Assembly: GCA_964188305.1 (NCBI GenBank)
Contig: OZ076885.1
Direction: 5' to 3' (one strand)
Length of the DNA stretch: 64,000 bases
DNA from: Podarcis bocagei
Lineage: Eukaryota
In this document: piece by piece, positions 36,069 through 48,303 of the stretch
How positions within the stretch are numbered: position 1 is the stretch's first letter
Layout: every line of letters begins with the position of its first letter
The notes under the pieces: model-generated
Told to the model about the DNA's origin: nothing
Database searches by the model: none
Seen by the model: only the letters and a program-made list of their open reading frames with translations
Made by a program: the position numbers and the translations under genes

Positions 36069-36763
36069 ACATCCATTCATTGCCTCATGAATTTGGCACC
36101 TTTTGGCACCTTTTGGTTTCATGCATTGTAATGGCAGGTTTGTCTATTTTATAACCATGACTTAGCACCACCCAAGCACAATTGTAAAGCATAGGACCCA
36201 CTTTCACAGCCTTCATGAATCACACGTTGGGAAACACTGTCTTAGACCACTTGGCTACCCCCCCCCCTCCAAATGTGGATGGATACACTTTCCTTCCTCC
36301 ATGGGCCTAAAGTGGCAAAATCTGAAGACTGCTATGGATCAAATCTGGCAGGTTCCTTCAATGTTCCTGTTTTTATATCAGGATAAATTTGGGAACTTTT
36401 GGGCTATGGAAGATTGTTTCTTTGACGTGGGTTAGAACTGCGTTTCAAACCTTCTGGATGTAATGTGTTGTACAGTGTAGTGGTTAGAGTGTCAAACTAG
36501 GACCTTGGGTAAGTCACTGCTTCTCAGCACATCCTATCTCACAGGGTTGTTATGGGGAATTAAATGGGATGGGGGGGAGAACCATGTACGCCCCCTTGAG
36601 CAAAATGGAGAGAAGCAGTGCTGGACTTAGGACACCAAGCTAAGGGGGTGCAAAATTGAAAAGATCTAAAATGGAGAAGATCCATTTAGGGCGTCAAAGT
36701 TTGGCCTCGCTCAGTGCACCAGCAAGATGGGTTATAAATGCAACAAATCCATAAATAATTTCA

Positions 36764-36893
36764 GGGGTGCCAACTTGAATAAAATATTTGAGTGGCAGGT
36801 AAGCCCCCCTTCCAATGACAGGGAACACCCACACCATTTGATCACATGATGGGGCGCACCCACACCATTTGAGTGGCAATGCCCATCAAATTT
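36764..36893. mobile_element. MITE fragment just upstream of the promoter (fuller copy at 47211-47395)
   Basis: Shared gtgccaacttgaataaaatatt...tggcaatgcccatcaa with 47211-47395. Confidence 0.7.
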
Positions 36894-36939
36894 GTGTGTG
36901 TGTGTGTGTAAATGCTGCAATAATAGTCATCGACTTGGG

Positions 36940-37900
36940 CTGAATTGGGCGGGGTGGGGGAAGAGAAATTCCTCCTCCTCTACTCCTCCACCTCCACCTC
37001 CACCTCCACCTCCAGGATCCCGGAAGCCGGTCTCTCCACTTTTTACCTTTCTCCGTCCTGCAATCTGGGTTCCCACCGGCAGCCCTGGAGGCAGCCGCCG
37101 CCTCTCCGGGTGTGAGTGGGAGCCATGTGACTCGCCGGTGAGTCGGGGCGTGCGGCTGCCTCCTGCTTCAGAGCTACCTGATCCGAATACTAAGCAGAGA
37201 GAGGCGAGCGAGCGAGGGAGCCTCTGGTTGTGCCAGAGACACGCCGAAGGAAAGAGCAGCAGCAGCAGCAGCCGCGGCCGCCACTGCAGAGAGCGAGCGA
37301 GAGAGCGAGGCGGCGAGGGCGCGCGCGCGAGAGAGGTGCCCGTTCCCAAGAGCGCAGAAGATGGAGATTAAAGACCAAGGGGCGCAAATGGAGCCGCTGC
37401 TGCCCACGGTAAGGAGCTGCGGATTGCGATGGAGGGAGGGTTGCGGGGACGGCGGTGCCGCAAACGCCAGCCGTCGCAACTGCGCGTGGATGATGCTCTA
37501 CAGGCCGGCGACGCGGAGTTGGAGAGCCCTCTACTCGCCACGGCTGGGGACGGCGGGGGGGACCCCGCGCTGGGCCCAGGCTGCGCCCGCAATGCTCTTC
37601 TTTGCTGCCTTCCAAGAGGAAAGAGGGGAAAGGGGAGAGGGAGGCCTACGGAGGTCGGAGAGGGGGGCGATCCTTTGGCCGGGTAAGGCGAGGAGTTGGT
37701 TGCATCCTGTAAGGAAGCTGCGGGTCCATGACTGCTTTCTCTCTCCCACACCTGTGATGTGGGCCGTTCCCCCTGCTCTCGGTCTCGCGCACAGGTTGGA
37801 GACAGCGGTGGTGGTGATGAGTCTCTCATTCTCTGCCTCTGGCACACTGGTTGCCTCATGAGAGTCCTGCAAGGCACGCGCAGGGGCGCACACAGGCAGT
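36940..37900 (+). promoter_or_regulatory. SLC4A10: CpG-island promoter, 5' UTR and start of intron 1 of SLC4A10
   Basis: Dense CpG/GC relative to flanks; GC box gggcggggtgggg ~36947; (CCACCT)n tract ~36970-37013; near-palindrome gactcgccggtgagtc 37129-37144; short (CAG)n ~37255-37272 ahead of the ATG. TSS cannot be placed from sequence. Confidence 0.85.
37361..37408 (+). CDS. SLC4A10: First coding exon of sodium-driven bicarbonate transporter NBCn2/NCBE (MEIKDQGAQMEPLLPT), phase-0 intron follows
   Basis: aagATGG strong Kozak at 37361; the 16 codons match the N-terminus of vertebrate SLC4A10 as I recall it; canonical donor ACG|gtaagg at 37409; lies in a CpG island. Exon 2 (RNDEEAVVDRGG...) not found in the window. 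Confidence 0.95.
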
Positions 37901-37980
37901 CTTCAGAGAATTTCTGTGTGCGTGTTCTCCCTCTCCTCTCTTGGCTTTCTTCTCTTTCTTTCTCTCTGGGTTTCTTCTCT

Positions 37981-37983
<3 letters not shown>

Positions 37984-38057
<74 letters not shown>

Positions 38058-38247
38058 CACACACAGATTGCCAGTGTGGTGCTCCCTCACTCACCAAGAC
38101 TGGCTGTTGAGGTTCTCTTGCTCTCACACAGGTGTACATCTTAGGTTGAGTTTGCTGCTGGGGTTTTGATTCTCTCAGGCACAGGCCATCTGTTGAGGGG
38201 CTCTCTCCTGCACACCTGCATAGACTGGGGTTCCATCTCTCTTCCTG

Positions 38248-38297
<50 letters not shown>

Positions 38298-38407
38298 AGC
38301 TGTGTGGTGGGGGATTCTCATGGTCAAGCACACTGGCTGGCTGGCTGGCTGGCTAACCATTGGGGTTCGTTCTCTTTAGCACACATGCATGGGCTGGCTG
38401 CTGGGGT

Positions 38408-38482
<75 letters not shown>

Positions 38483-38487
38483 ACACA
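37984..38487. repeat. Three compound (TC)n(AC)n microsatellites
   Basis: Seen at ~37984-38063, ~38247-38297 and ~38409-38487. Confidence 0.95.
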
Positions 38488-39869
38488 TGGATTAGCTCAT
38501 GGGTTTCTGCTCCCCTCAGTCACACATACAGACACACAAGCAGAGCAGCTGTTGAGATGGTTGCTTGCCTCTCTTGTATACATACAAGATGCCTCTTTCT
38601 CTCCCTCATCCCTTGTGGGTGAAGGTTTCGTTCTTATAAGTTATGTTGAACTTTAAATTGAGGTATGTCCCTTTTTCTATAGGCATAGGCATATCTGTAT
38701 AATTAGAGAGGAAGTCTCCTGTAATAACACCTGAACATTATCAAATCAATATGATTTAGCCCCCACAGTATGGAAAAATGGCATAGACGAGTAAGGATTA
38801 TAAGGTATCCAACAACATTAAAAGTGCAGACCCATCTTTCTGACTCCTTTTGCACACCTATAACATACATCCAGTTCTCCTTTCCCCCCAGTTTAAATTC
38901 TCTCTTTAGAAAATGCAAGGGTATTACACTTTATTACTCTTCATGATTTGATGGGGGGGAGGGCTATATATTGAATAAAGATATCAGATGGTAAAGTTCT
39001 CACGTGAAAGACAATTTACATACATTTATTTAAGGGCAAGTTATTTCACACATGCTCACTGCGAGACGTTGTTTCCTGCATGGACCCTCTTCCCTAAAGA
39101 AAAATGGTTGCTGCCAGGCTGCTAAGGCTTGTGGAAGATAGTAGGTGGAAGAGGGAAGGGGGTGACTGCATCTGTGTATGAGTCAGTGTGTGTGAGAGAG
39201 GGAGAGAGAATTCACATTAATTATTGTATATCCCTATCTGTAGGATGTGCAGATGTTTTCTACAGGTTTAATTCTTTGACCATGTACTTCATATGATGAC
39301 CTCAACTGTAGACTTCAACTGTAGTCAAATGACTTACTTCCGCAAGTGACCCGCTCTCTGTTTTGAGATCTCTGCTGTATTAACTTGATTTGCAGCCTTT
39401 GATGATAACAGATGGCTACATTCAACAGTTGTCACCAAGCCACACTATTGCAGCTTTCTCTTAACTTTTCCTTGGGGCAATATGGGAAGAACAGTGACAG
39501 ATTACGTGGTTTGCTGTGCTCACTGTTTGAACCAGCGGGCAAACCAGGAGATAAACCAGAGACAACATGGGGGTGGTAGTAAAAATGGCCTGCCGTACAG
39601 GACTAATGAAAAGATTACCGAGATAAATGCTTGCAAAGTGCTTTTAAAACTTTCAAGTGCAGCATGAATGTTGACAGTTATAAAGTGGCAGCACAGTAAC
39701 ATCACCCAAGGAGGTGATGCAATTCAGTGAAATTCCTTTAAAAAAAATTAGACAGCCATGAGATCAAAGCCCTCCAGTGTAACAGAAAAATCGAGGCATT
39801 TACAAAGGAGTTCATATGCTGTGAAACATGAAAGTTGTAAGTTAAAGCATCTGTGTTTGCTGCTTATAT

Positions 39870-39967
39870 CAGGGACGGGGAACCTGCGGCTCTCCAGATG
39901 TGGTTGTACTGCAGCTCCCATCATGCAACTAAACAACATCTGGCAGGTCACAGCTTCCCCATCCTTG
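39870..39967. mobile_element. Short hAT-like MITE (cagggacggggaacct...ttccccatccttg)
   Basis: TIR plus ctcccatca core; related degenerate copies near 4580-4670, 9128-9262, 15100-15195, 20270-20385, 27900-28025, 30618-30745, 48930-48990, 54040-54115, 54355-54725. Confidence 0.7.
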
Positions 39968-40923
39968 ATTCACAGGATGCAGAAATTATATGTTGTGCTC
40001 CCTTACAAGTTAGCTTCTAGAGCCCACACTCCCCTTTTTGACTGAGGTGGCAGTGGAGGTGGAGGTGGGGGTGGGTGGCTCAGAAAGTGATCAGAGCAAG
40101 TGCCGGCTTCATCATAAGACCATGAAGTCAGCAGGAGAAAGGAGGAGGCAAGCAAGCCATCCGTTTGTGAGTAAACACGCAGAGGCCTCTGCAACAGATT
40201 GACCCTCCTCTAAATGAATGAAAGAAATATCTAGGATTTGCAAAGATTTCCCAACCTGGGGGTTGACAAACCAATGACATGTGTGGGTTAAAAAAGCACA
40301 ACACAAGCAGCCATAGGATAGGCGTTGGGACATGGTGCAAATGTTAAGGGGGTTGCCCTACCGTTTCCATGCTTTCAGGGCATGAGTGAGTTTGTAAATT
40401 TCTAAACATTGGTTTTTTGATCCTAGAATGGAGTAACTGTATGACAAGGGATCGCTGGCATCCCTGGGCCTTTCACATCCACTCCAGAATTCATGAAAAG
40501 CAGTGGTTAGGATGATGATTCTCAGCTAGAGGTAGACAACTGGGAACCAAGGATGGTCACAGAGATGTTTTCATCAGGTTCCCAGCATATCCCCAGAACA
40601 TCCCCTTTGTTGTTAGTCATTTTCAGCAAGGTGAGCCAAGACCACAAGCAAAGGAGTCTGTAAGCTGCTCGTCTCCTCAGTGTGAACAGCTCTGGTGAGA
40701 GTGCAAACTTTTAAGCGATTTAAGGCCCTTAAAGTGAAAGCGCCTTGCACTTTGTACATAAGGAGTGAAGTTAGTGTCTTAAGTGAGTGTGCTGCATTGT
40801 AAGACAAGAACTCTGCTAAAGCCTCTTTTACTGTTCACGCTGGAGAAGAAGGCATTGGAGTCCTTTGCCTCTGACTGCCATCATGGAATGGAGACAGTTG
40901 GCAACAAAAACAATTTTTGCCTT

Positions 40924-41699
40924 TGTCAGGGGTACAGGGACAGAGGCACAGGAAATGGAGAGCGATGGAGAGGAATCCCAGGACAGCGAGGAAGAGGATG
41001 ACAATGACGCAAGGGATTCCATGAGTCTCTCCAGCGAATCAGAGGATTCCCAGAAAGGGGCGCCTGCGGTCAGGGCAAGGGGAGCCCCAGGGGGAAAGTG
41101 TCAGGAGCGGGGGGCCAGCAGGGGACCCCAAAGCGGCAGCTGGGAATCAGGGCCAGCTTCCCCACCAGAGCGCAGCGAAGTGGGGGGAGGTTCCAGTGTG
41201 TCAGGGGAAACAGCTCCGGCAGCAGAGAAGGAGGAGGGGTCAGAGCAAGCCATTCTCCCGCAAGGGGAGGAGGGCAGTGAGGGGAGTAGCATAACTGTCA
41301 AAAGGAAGGTTAGAGGTTGGGCGCGCGCGCCAAGTTCAAATGTGGAGGCGCGCGGAAGTACAGGGAGCCCGGAGGAGGAGCCAGGTCCCAAAGCACGCAG
41401 GAGGGGGGAAGAGCAGTCTGAGGATTCAGCGTCAGGGGAATCCAGGAGGAGCGGAACCCCAGCGGGCAGAAGGACCCTGCGGAAAAGGAAAGAGAGAAAG
41501 AGGTGGAGCAGCGTAAGCCTCTTAAACTGGTGTAGGGGAGGGACTGATTCAGAGGGGACTTCTACCGTCTAAGGTTAACAGACGTGGGGGCTGCACGCCT
41601 CGCTTGTGGAACTTACTATGAACTGCAATAAACATCCTTGTATATAAGAAGAACTTGGCGTTGGTCTTTGGTGAGCTGAGACCTGAGGCAGCCCTGACA
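40924..41699 (+). mobile_element. Solo LTR (Gypsy-like) with internal ORF
   Basis: Termini tgtcaggg...ccctgaca (8-bp inverted repeat); 5-bp TSD GCCTT (40919-40923, 41700-41704); AATAAA ~41627. Confidence 0.9.
40955..41572 (+). CDS. Putative LTR-encoded 205-aa disordered protein (MESDGEESQDSEEEDD...RRTLRKRKERKRW...)
   Basis: gaaATGG Kozak; uninterrupted frame filling about 80% of the LTR; acidic start, basic NLS-like end; stop shortly before AATAAA. No expression evidence. Confidence 0.4.
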   Translation: MESDGEESQDSEEEDDNDARDSMSLSSESEDSQKGAPAVRARGAPGGKCQERGASRGPQSGSWESGPASPPERSEVGGGSSVSGETAPAAEKEEGSEQAILPQGEEGSEGSSITVKRKVRGWARAPSSNVEARGSTGSPEEEPGPKARRRGEEQSEDSASGESRRSGTPAGRRTLRKRKERKRWSSVSLLNWCRGGTDSEGTSTV

Positions 41700-42023
41700 G
41701 CCTTTCATTGTTCAATTTAAAATATATCCCGCCAGCCACAGTGGCAAGCCAGCAGATATAGACACACCACTATCTCAAGTTGGCTGGAGGTGATCTGTAT
41801 TAATCCCCACACCTTACTTTTTTACTTGAAATGACCCATTAACATTTCGTGGCTGTTTCCTGTCAGGCAAAAGCTCCATAGCAACCCTTTCAAGTGAATA
41901 AGGGTTTTTGCTTGCTTGCTGTTCATACCTGGAAGGAGGTTTCAAAATACCCGTTGCTGCGCTATGGTCAGTATTGTGCTCTCATGCAGATAGCTTGCTT
42001 GGAGAATCCTTAATGCAAGATGT

Positions 42024-42025
42024 TT

Positions 42026-42077
<52 letters not shown>

Positions 42078-42078
42078 T
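42024..42078. repeat. (TTTC)n microsatellite
   Basis: Seen directly. Confidence 0.95.
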
Positions 42079-42120
42079 TAACAGCCAGTGTGGTGCAGTG
42101 ATTAGAGTGTCAGACTAGGA

Positions 42121-42372
42121 CAGGGGTAGGCAAAGTAAGGCCCAGGGGCCGGATGCAGCCCAATTGCCTTCTCAATCTGGCCTGCGGACGGTCTGGGAAT
42201 CAGCATGTTTTTACATGAGTAGAATGTGTCCTTTTATTTAAAATGCATCTCTAGGTTATTTGTGGGGAATAAGAATTCGTTCATTATTTCCCCCCAAAAA
42301 TATAGTCTGGCCCACCACATGGTCTGAAGGACAGTGGACTGGCCCACAGCTGAAAAAACTTGCTGACCCCTA
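42121..42372. mobile_element. hAT MITE inserted in a Squam3/MIR-like SINE
   Basis: caggggtaggcaa...tgctgaccccta; 8-bp TSD gactagga (42113-42120, 42373-42380). Confidence 0.9.
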
Positions 42373-42653
42373 GACTAGGACCTGGAAAGCCAGGGTTCAA
42401 ATCCCTACTGGGTCATGAAACTCAGTGGGTGACCTTGGGCCAGTCACTGCCTCTCAGCCTAACTTACCTCACAGGTAGTGGGGATTAATTGAGGAGAGGA
42501 AGAACCATATACACAGCCTTGCGCTCTTGTGGTGGGGGAAGGGGAGGCGGGACATACAACATACTAAATAAATATATAATAAGACTGCTGGGGCCTATGA
42601 TCTCATTGCAAATATGTCCAAATTAAATTTTACAAAGCAGTAAGAACCTCTGG

Positions 42654-43004
42654 GGGACGCGGGTGGTGCTGTGGGTTAAACCACAGAGCCCAGGGCTTGC
42701 TGATCAGAAGGTCAGCAGTTCGAATCCCTGCAACGGGGTGAGCTCCTATTGCTCGGTCCCTGCTCCTGCCAACCTAGCAGTTCAAAAGCACGTCAAAGTG
42801 CAAGTAGATAAATAGGTACTGCTCCGGCGGGAAGGTAAACGGCGTTTCCGTGAACTGCTCTGGTTCGCCAGAAGCGGCTTAGTCATGCTGCCCACATGAC
42901 CCAGAAGCTGTATGCCGGCTCCCTCAGCCAATAAAGCGAGATGAGCGCCGCAACCCCAGAGTCGGTCACGACTGGACCTAATGGTCAGGGGTCCTTTTAC
43001 CTTT
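42654..43004 (+). mobile_element. Sauria SINE, full length
   Basis: gggacgcgggtggtgctgtgggttaaacc head; accttt tail. Confidence 0.93.
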
Positions 43005-43049
43005 AAGAGCGCTCTGGAGATCATGAGTAAGCTTAGTAGTCAAGGAAAG

Positions 43050-43215
43050 GACCTCTTGTGAATCTTGAATGGGCTAAGTTGCAGGAAGCAAAGAGTAGGA
43101 ATAAATGGACCGTTCTACAAAGGGTTGTTTTTGGGACCTGTGCTTTTTAACACTTTCATAAACAAGATGAGTTTGGAGTGAACAGTGAGGTGGTTCTTCT
43201 GATGATGCTCAAAAG
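43050..43215 (+). mobile_element. Decayed CR1 RT fragment
   Basis: RKQRVGING, then LGPVLFNTFIN, then a DD-like remnant. Confidence 0.65.
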
Positions 43216-44899
43216 TCCACACTTGACACCTTCCACACTCCTCTTGTTGCTGCATCAGAAAGGAAGCAAAGCAGAGGCTGATTTGTCATTAAGTTTAAAT
43301 CTGGGCTTATGGTTTGTTTGCCCCCCCCCCCAAGTAATGCATTGTCAATTCAGAAGGAACCTTGGGACTTTTGAGTGGCTGGTTTATGCTAAACCATAGT
43401 CTTAACTAGGGTTTAACATGACACCTAAATCAGACCAGACAATTTTCGAATACATAAAATTGGTGACCCAGTAGCGGATAGGTACGTACATACCTATAAA
43501 TTTTCTTAAAAACACATTTTACGTATCTGCGGTATTTTTTGTTCCCAGTGTATGAGATATTTTTGCAATTGTGGTTGCACCAATTTACACACACATGGAC
43601 TCAATAATATGTTAATGAACATGTATTCTGCTTTTTTTGTTACATAAATATCCAAAGCAGCTAACAAAATACATAAAAATCCAAAATCAGCAAAGTATCA
43701 CATCATAACCAAACATGACCGCAAAAATTACCAGAGACAATCCTACATGTGATTCTTTCTTCCCTCTTACCTACAAAGCAATGTCAGATCATATTCCATT
43801 TTGAATCAATTTTCCCCTGATCATGAGATGATGAAAGGCAAGGAGCAGAGGGGCCGAAAAGGGGTTTTTCAAGAGAGAGAGAGTTGCAGAGGCTAAGTAA
43901 AAAAAGAAAGAAAATGTCTTGTCCTGTGTACCTGCCTGCTTCCATCTTAGGGACTTAAGAAGATCCATACTGGATTAGTTCAAAGATCTATATAGTCCGA
44001 AATCAAGTTTCCCACAGTGACCAACCAGAGGCCTATGGAAAAACCACAAGCAGGACATAAGGACAGTAGCCGTCTCCTTCTTGTGACCCCAGCAACTGGT
44101 ACTCAGGATCATTTTTCCCCTTGATTCCAGAGATATATTTATATATCATTCATTCAAGAGTCCCTTCATTCAAGAGTCCCATGGAGTCAAATTGATCACA
44201 GTTAATAACAGAACTTTTAAACAAACCAAACAGCATCAGAAAATTAATAATCGCAAATAAAATCGACTGCGGAAGTGAAAGTCGATTACGATTGAATGAT
44301 TCCCCTTATAGTCCATTCATTTGTTTAATCCCCTTTTCAAACAACCCAGAGCTCAGAAACTGCTCGTGCTAATGAAATTCCTTGTTGCAGAACGCGCCTA
44401 GAACAATGGGAGTTTCGAACGCTGGCTCTAAACTATTATTTGTCCAAATAAACCAAGATCAAACTGTGATTTCTGTGCCTGGCTTGTTTGGATAAAATAA
44501 AATAGTTAACTGCAGTCAAGGTCCTCAAGATGTGCACTCCAGCACTAGAGAGGCTGGTCACACAGATCTTAAAGCTCTTTGAAGAACTATTTCTTTTGAA
44601 GGAACACAACATCTAGAAAATGGCAGGGCATTGATTCTTGTTAGAGGATCAAATGCTCTTGCAGCGGGAAGAAAAAACTACACAAGGTGAGTCAGTGGGC
44701 TGCAAGCAGTTTCCCCCTTCACTCACTAATTATGAAGAGCATATTCCCCCTTAGTGATATTATGGCATCTAAGGGAAATAACAGGAAGACTGAAGCTCCT
44801 GTAACTTGAAGTGCATCTGCCAAGAATTTGCAGACACCAGCCTCTTCCCCTAGCTGGTGCAGTGGAGGCTGACAAAGATACTAATGCTATGTTGATTCT

Positions 44900-45720
44900 T
44901 AAAGCAATTAAAGCCACAGGAGTCTATTGAAGACTCTGTTGATCATCTTCAAGACTGTTGAAAAAATTGCTCTTCAACTCAGAAGATCTAACTTGAGGAC
45001 ACCGCTGCAGCTCATAAGGCAGCACTACAAAAGCCTAACATTTTTGTTAGGCTAACTAATGGTTAGAACAACGGTCGGCAACCTTTTTCAGCCGTGGGCC
45101 GGTCCACCGTCCCTCAGACCATGTGGTGGGCCAGACTATATTTTGAAAAAAATATATATGAATGAATTCCTATGCCCCACAAATAACCCAGAGAAATGCC
45201 TTTTAAATAAAAGGACACATTCTACTCATGTAGAAATATGCTGATTCCTGGACCATCCGTGGGCCGGATTGAGAAGGCGAATGGGCTGCATCTGGCCCTG
45301 GGTCTTAGGTTGCCTACCCATGGGTTAGAATAAGAGAACTTGAAAGCCATCCCCTTAGATCCAATCTCAGAATCCCTGGCATCCCTGATAATATTAGTGA
45401 GCAAAGTCAGCCTTTATTGAGGATATTTTATGAGAGGCGCTAACATTACCGGAAGATTACTAGCTGGATATAGAGAGAGCTCATTGTGTGTAAGCTCCCT
45501 CTCTGTGACCCACTTCATTGGGAATATTTTGAGTTTAAAGGGTTTATGCTAGAGCATTCTGGAGAGAAAGGGAAACTTCAACGAGGGAAGAGAACAGCAC
45601 CATATCTTACACAAAACAGACGTCCCACCAGCAGAAAACTTTCCACAGAATACGCCTACTTCCGAAAGAGAAAAATATTATTTATTTTGTAAACTTTCTT
45701 GCATTTTATGTGGGTAATCA
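44900..45720 (+). mobile_element. Decayed L1 ORF1-like fragment, interrupted by a hAT MITE
   Basis: RRSNLR ~44981 and LDIERAH ~45463 resemble L1 ORF1 motifs RRNNIR and IERAHR. Confidence 0.45.
45069..45322. mobile_element. hAT MITE
   Basis: 8-bp TSD ggttagaa (45061-45068, 45323-45330); same family as 42121. Confidence 0.9.
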
Positions 45721-46804
45721 ACAGCATTCATCTTACAAGGCAGGAGACCCTGACAAACATCTTCCTGGAATAAATCCAGTTCTGGCCTTCTCAACAAGTG
45801 CACAGTGAGACACTTGAGTGTTCCCAGGTAATTTCTTCTGCTCTGTCTCTGCTGGATTTTAGACATCAGAAGTGTCTATAGCTTATCTTTGTTGCTATGG
45901 TGTAGCTGGAGTGAATTTTTTACTGAGAGCTCATCCTTAACTCAAAGCTTTTTCATTGTGGTTTCCTTACATTCTTACCTGCTTCTTGTACTTCTACCAT
46001 ATGAGAAAAAGACATGTCTCCATTGTGACATTCATCCTGGACTGCTATTGTGCATATCAGGCATGCCCAAAGTCCGTTTTGGGCGCTTAATTCAGTTTAA
46101 TCCTGGGGTAAAACCTTATCGGCCCTTATGCATGCTCACTTCACCAGATTTATTATTTATACCCTGTCCATCTGGCTGGGTTTCCCCAGCCACTCTGGGC
46201 GGCTCCCAACAGAATATTAAAACACAATACAGCATTAAACATTAAAAACTTCTCTAAAGAGGGCTGCCTTCATTGCCCTATATGTGGGTTCAGGTGTGTT
46301 CCTACAATTTTAGCAAGTATAATCAGGTGGCTAATGGGAGGAGAGCACTGAGGAGGACCTTTGGGTTGTACTACCATCCAGAGCTGTAAGTTTTAGTGGT
46401 GGTTGTTTCCTTAGTCCTTTTGTTTTTGCTCCGCTTTCCTTTTTGTCTTTCAGGTTCTTAGAGCCTTATCAGGTTCCATCAGTATATACAACATACTTGT
46501 TGTACTTGTTTGTTCAGCATGGAGTTTTTGCTCCAGATGTTTGTATTATAAAGTTGTTGTGGTTTTCAGCACTGCAATATGGAGGCCTGGAAAAGTGTCC
46601 TTGGGGCATACCTACAAATAGGTTGGGTTGTTGTTGTTTTAGTTATGATTTATGTGGATTTTCATAAGCTGGGATATTCTTGGGCTTCAGAAAATATAAC
46701 AATACTGCTTCTCCCACATACACACACAAAAAAACAAAAACAAAAAAACCACACACAAACAAACACATACACATGCATACATACGATGGCGTTAAATTTT
46801 ATTA

Positions 46805-47038
46805 CAGTGGTACCTCAGGTTAATTCGTTCTGGAGGTCCGTTCTTAACCTGAAACTGTTCTTAACTTGAGGTACCACTTTAGCTAATGGGGCCTCCCGCT
46901 GCCACTGCACCGCCGGAGCACAATTTTTGTTTTCATCCTGAAGCAAAGTTCTTAACCCGAGGTACTATTTCTGGGATAGTGGAGTCTGTAACCTGAAGTG
47001 TCTGTAACCTGAAGCATCTGTAACCTGAGGTACCACTG
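46805..47038. mobile_element. Tc1/mariner-pogo-type MITE, family A
   Basis: TIR cagtggtacctcaggtt / aacctgaggtaccactg. Confidence 0.92.
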
Positions 47039-47983
47039 CACATGGAATTGTAAGGGCTTGGCCTCTTGTAACTAAAGAAAACAGGTGCTTTCTAAACTTA
47101 AAAATCTCAAAGCTGATGTAGCAAGAGGCACATGTGTTTGTGGATGATAAAAGATATACCTTGTGAAGACTGAGTATTGGAAATATGTGCTGGTGATTCT
47201 ATGGGTGCAAGAGTGCCAACTTGAATAAAATATTGGAGGTGGGGCAAGTAAACCCCACCCCAGATAATTGACCACAAGACGTGGTGCACACACTATTTGA
47301 ATGGCAATGCCCATCAACTTAGAGGGGGCCTGGCCCCCTCAAATATTTTATTGGGGTGGGCAAAGGGACCTTGGCCTCTACAAGTTGGCTTCTATGTAAA
47401 GGTGTGGCCATAGTTACGCATAAAATGCGCCTCTTGTAGTGTTACAAGCAGCAGTTGTTCCAGGTGAGTGATACCTTATTTTGTTGGCAAAGACCTTGGA
47501 TATGATAACTGCTATAGTGAATGTTAATGGTCCGAATTTGGACTCTGTTTCAAGAGTGATTGAGATACTTGTGTGATATGACTTATGAGCATCTGGTAAT
47601 TGAGAGAGATTATAACGATGTTCTTGACCCAGTTTTGAACAGGGACACGCCATAAAATCCAGTCTTCAGTAAGGTCAATGTTAAAGGCATATATGTCTGA
47701 ATTTGGATTGACGGTTGTTTGGCATATGTTACACCCAACAGAATGTGACTTGTATTTATCAGTGCATGAAGGTTGTTTTCTGTTAAGATTACTTTTGGTT
47801 TCTTCTTCCTTACTTCAATATGTAGTCACATGTCATATTGATACAATTGCTATTTTGGATCATCTCCAGAATCTCTTGCTGTGCAGTTAACTGATGTGGC
47901 AAGAACATCTGGCTCTTGGCGTTCAAATGTGGTGTTGTTCTGGAGTGTCTCAAGGAGTTAGGAGTCGAGGGTGCTACTTATAG

Positions 47984-48235
47984 CATGGGTAGGCAACCTA
48001 AGGCCTGGGGGCCGGATCTGGCCCAATCGCCTTCTAAATCTGGCCTGCGGACGGTCCAGGAATCAGCATGTTTTTACATGAGTAGAATGTGCCCTTTTAT
48101 TTAAAATGCATCTCTGGATTATTTGTGGGGCATAGGAATTTGTTCATTTCCCCCTCCCAAAAGTATAGTCTGTCCCCCCACATGGTCTGAGGGACAGTGG
48201 AGCATCCCCCTGCTGAAAATGTTTGCTAACCCCTG
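47984..48235. mobile_element. hAT MITE
   Basis: 8-bp TSD acttatag (47976-47983, 48236-48243). Confidence 0.9.
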
Positions 48236-48303
48236 ACTTATAGGGTCTCTGCCAGAACATAGGACTAGGAGATTGTAGCTCTGCTGCATTGCTTTTGTGC
48301 TGT

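Noticed and set aside
37409-37861. Remainder of the 166-aa ORF and overlapping CpG-island ORFs
   Set aside because: Past the splice donor; long frames are expected in GC-rich DNA.
44147-44180. 16-bp direct duplication ttcattcaagagtccc
   Set aside because: Ordinary slippage-type duplication with no further structure.
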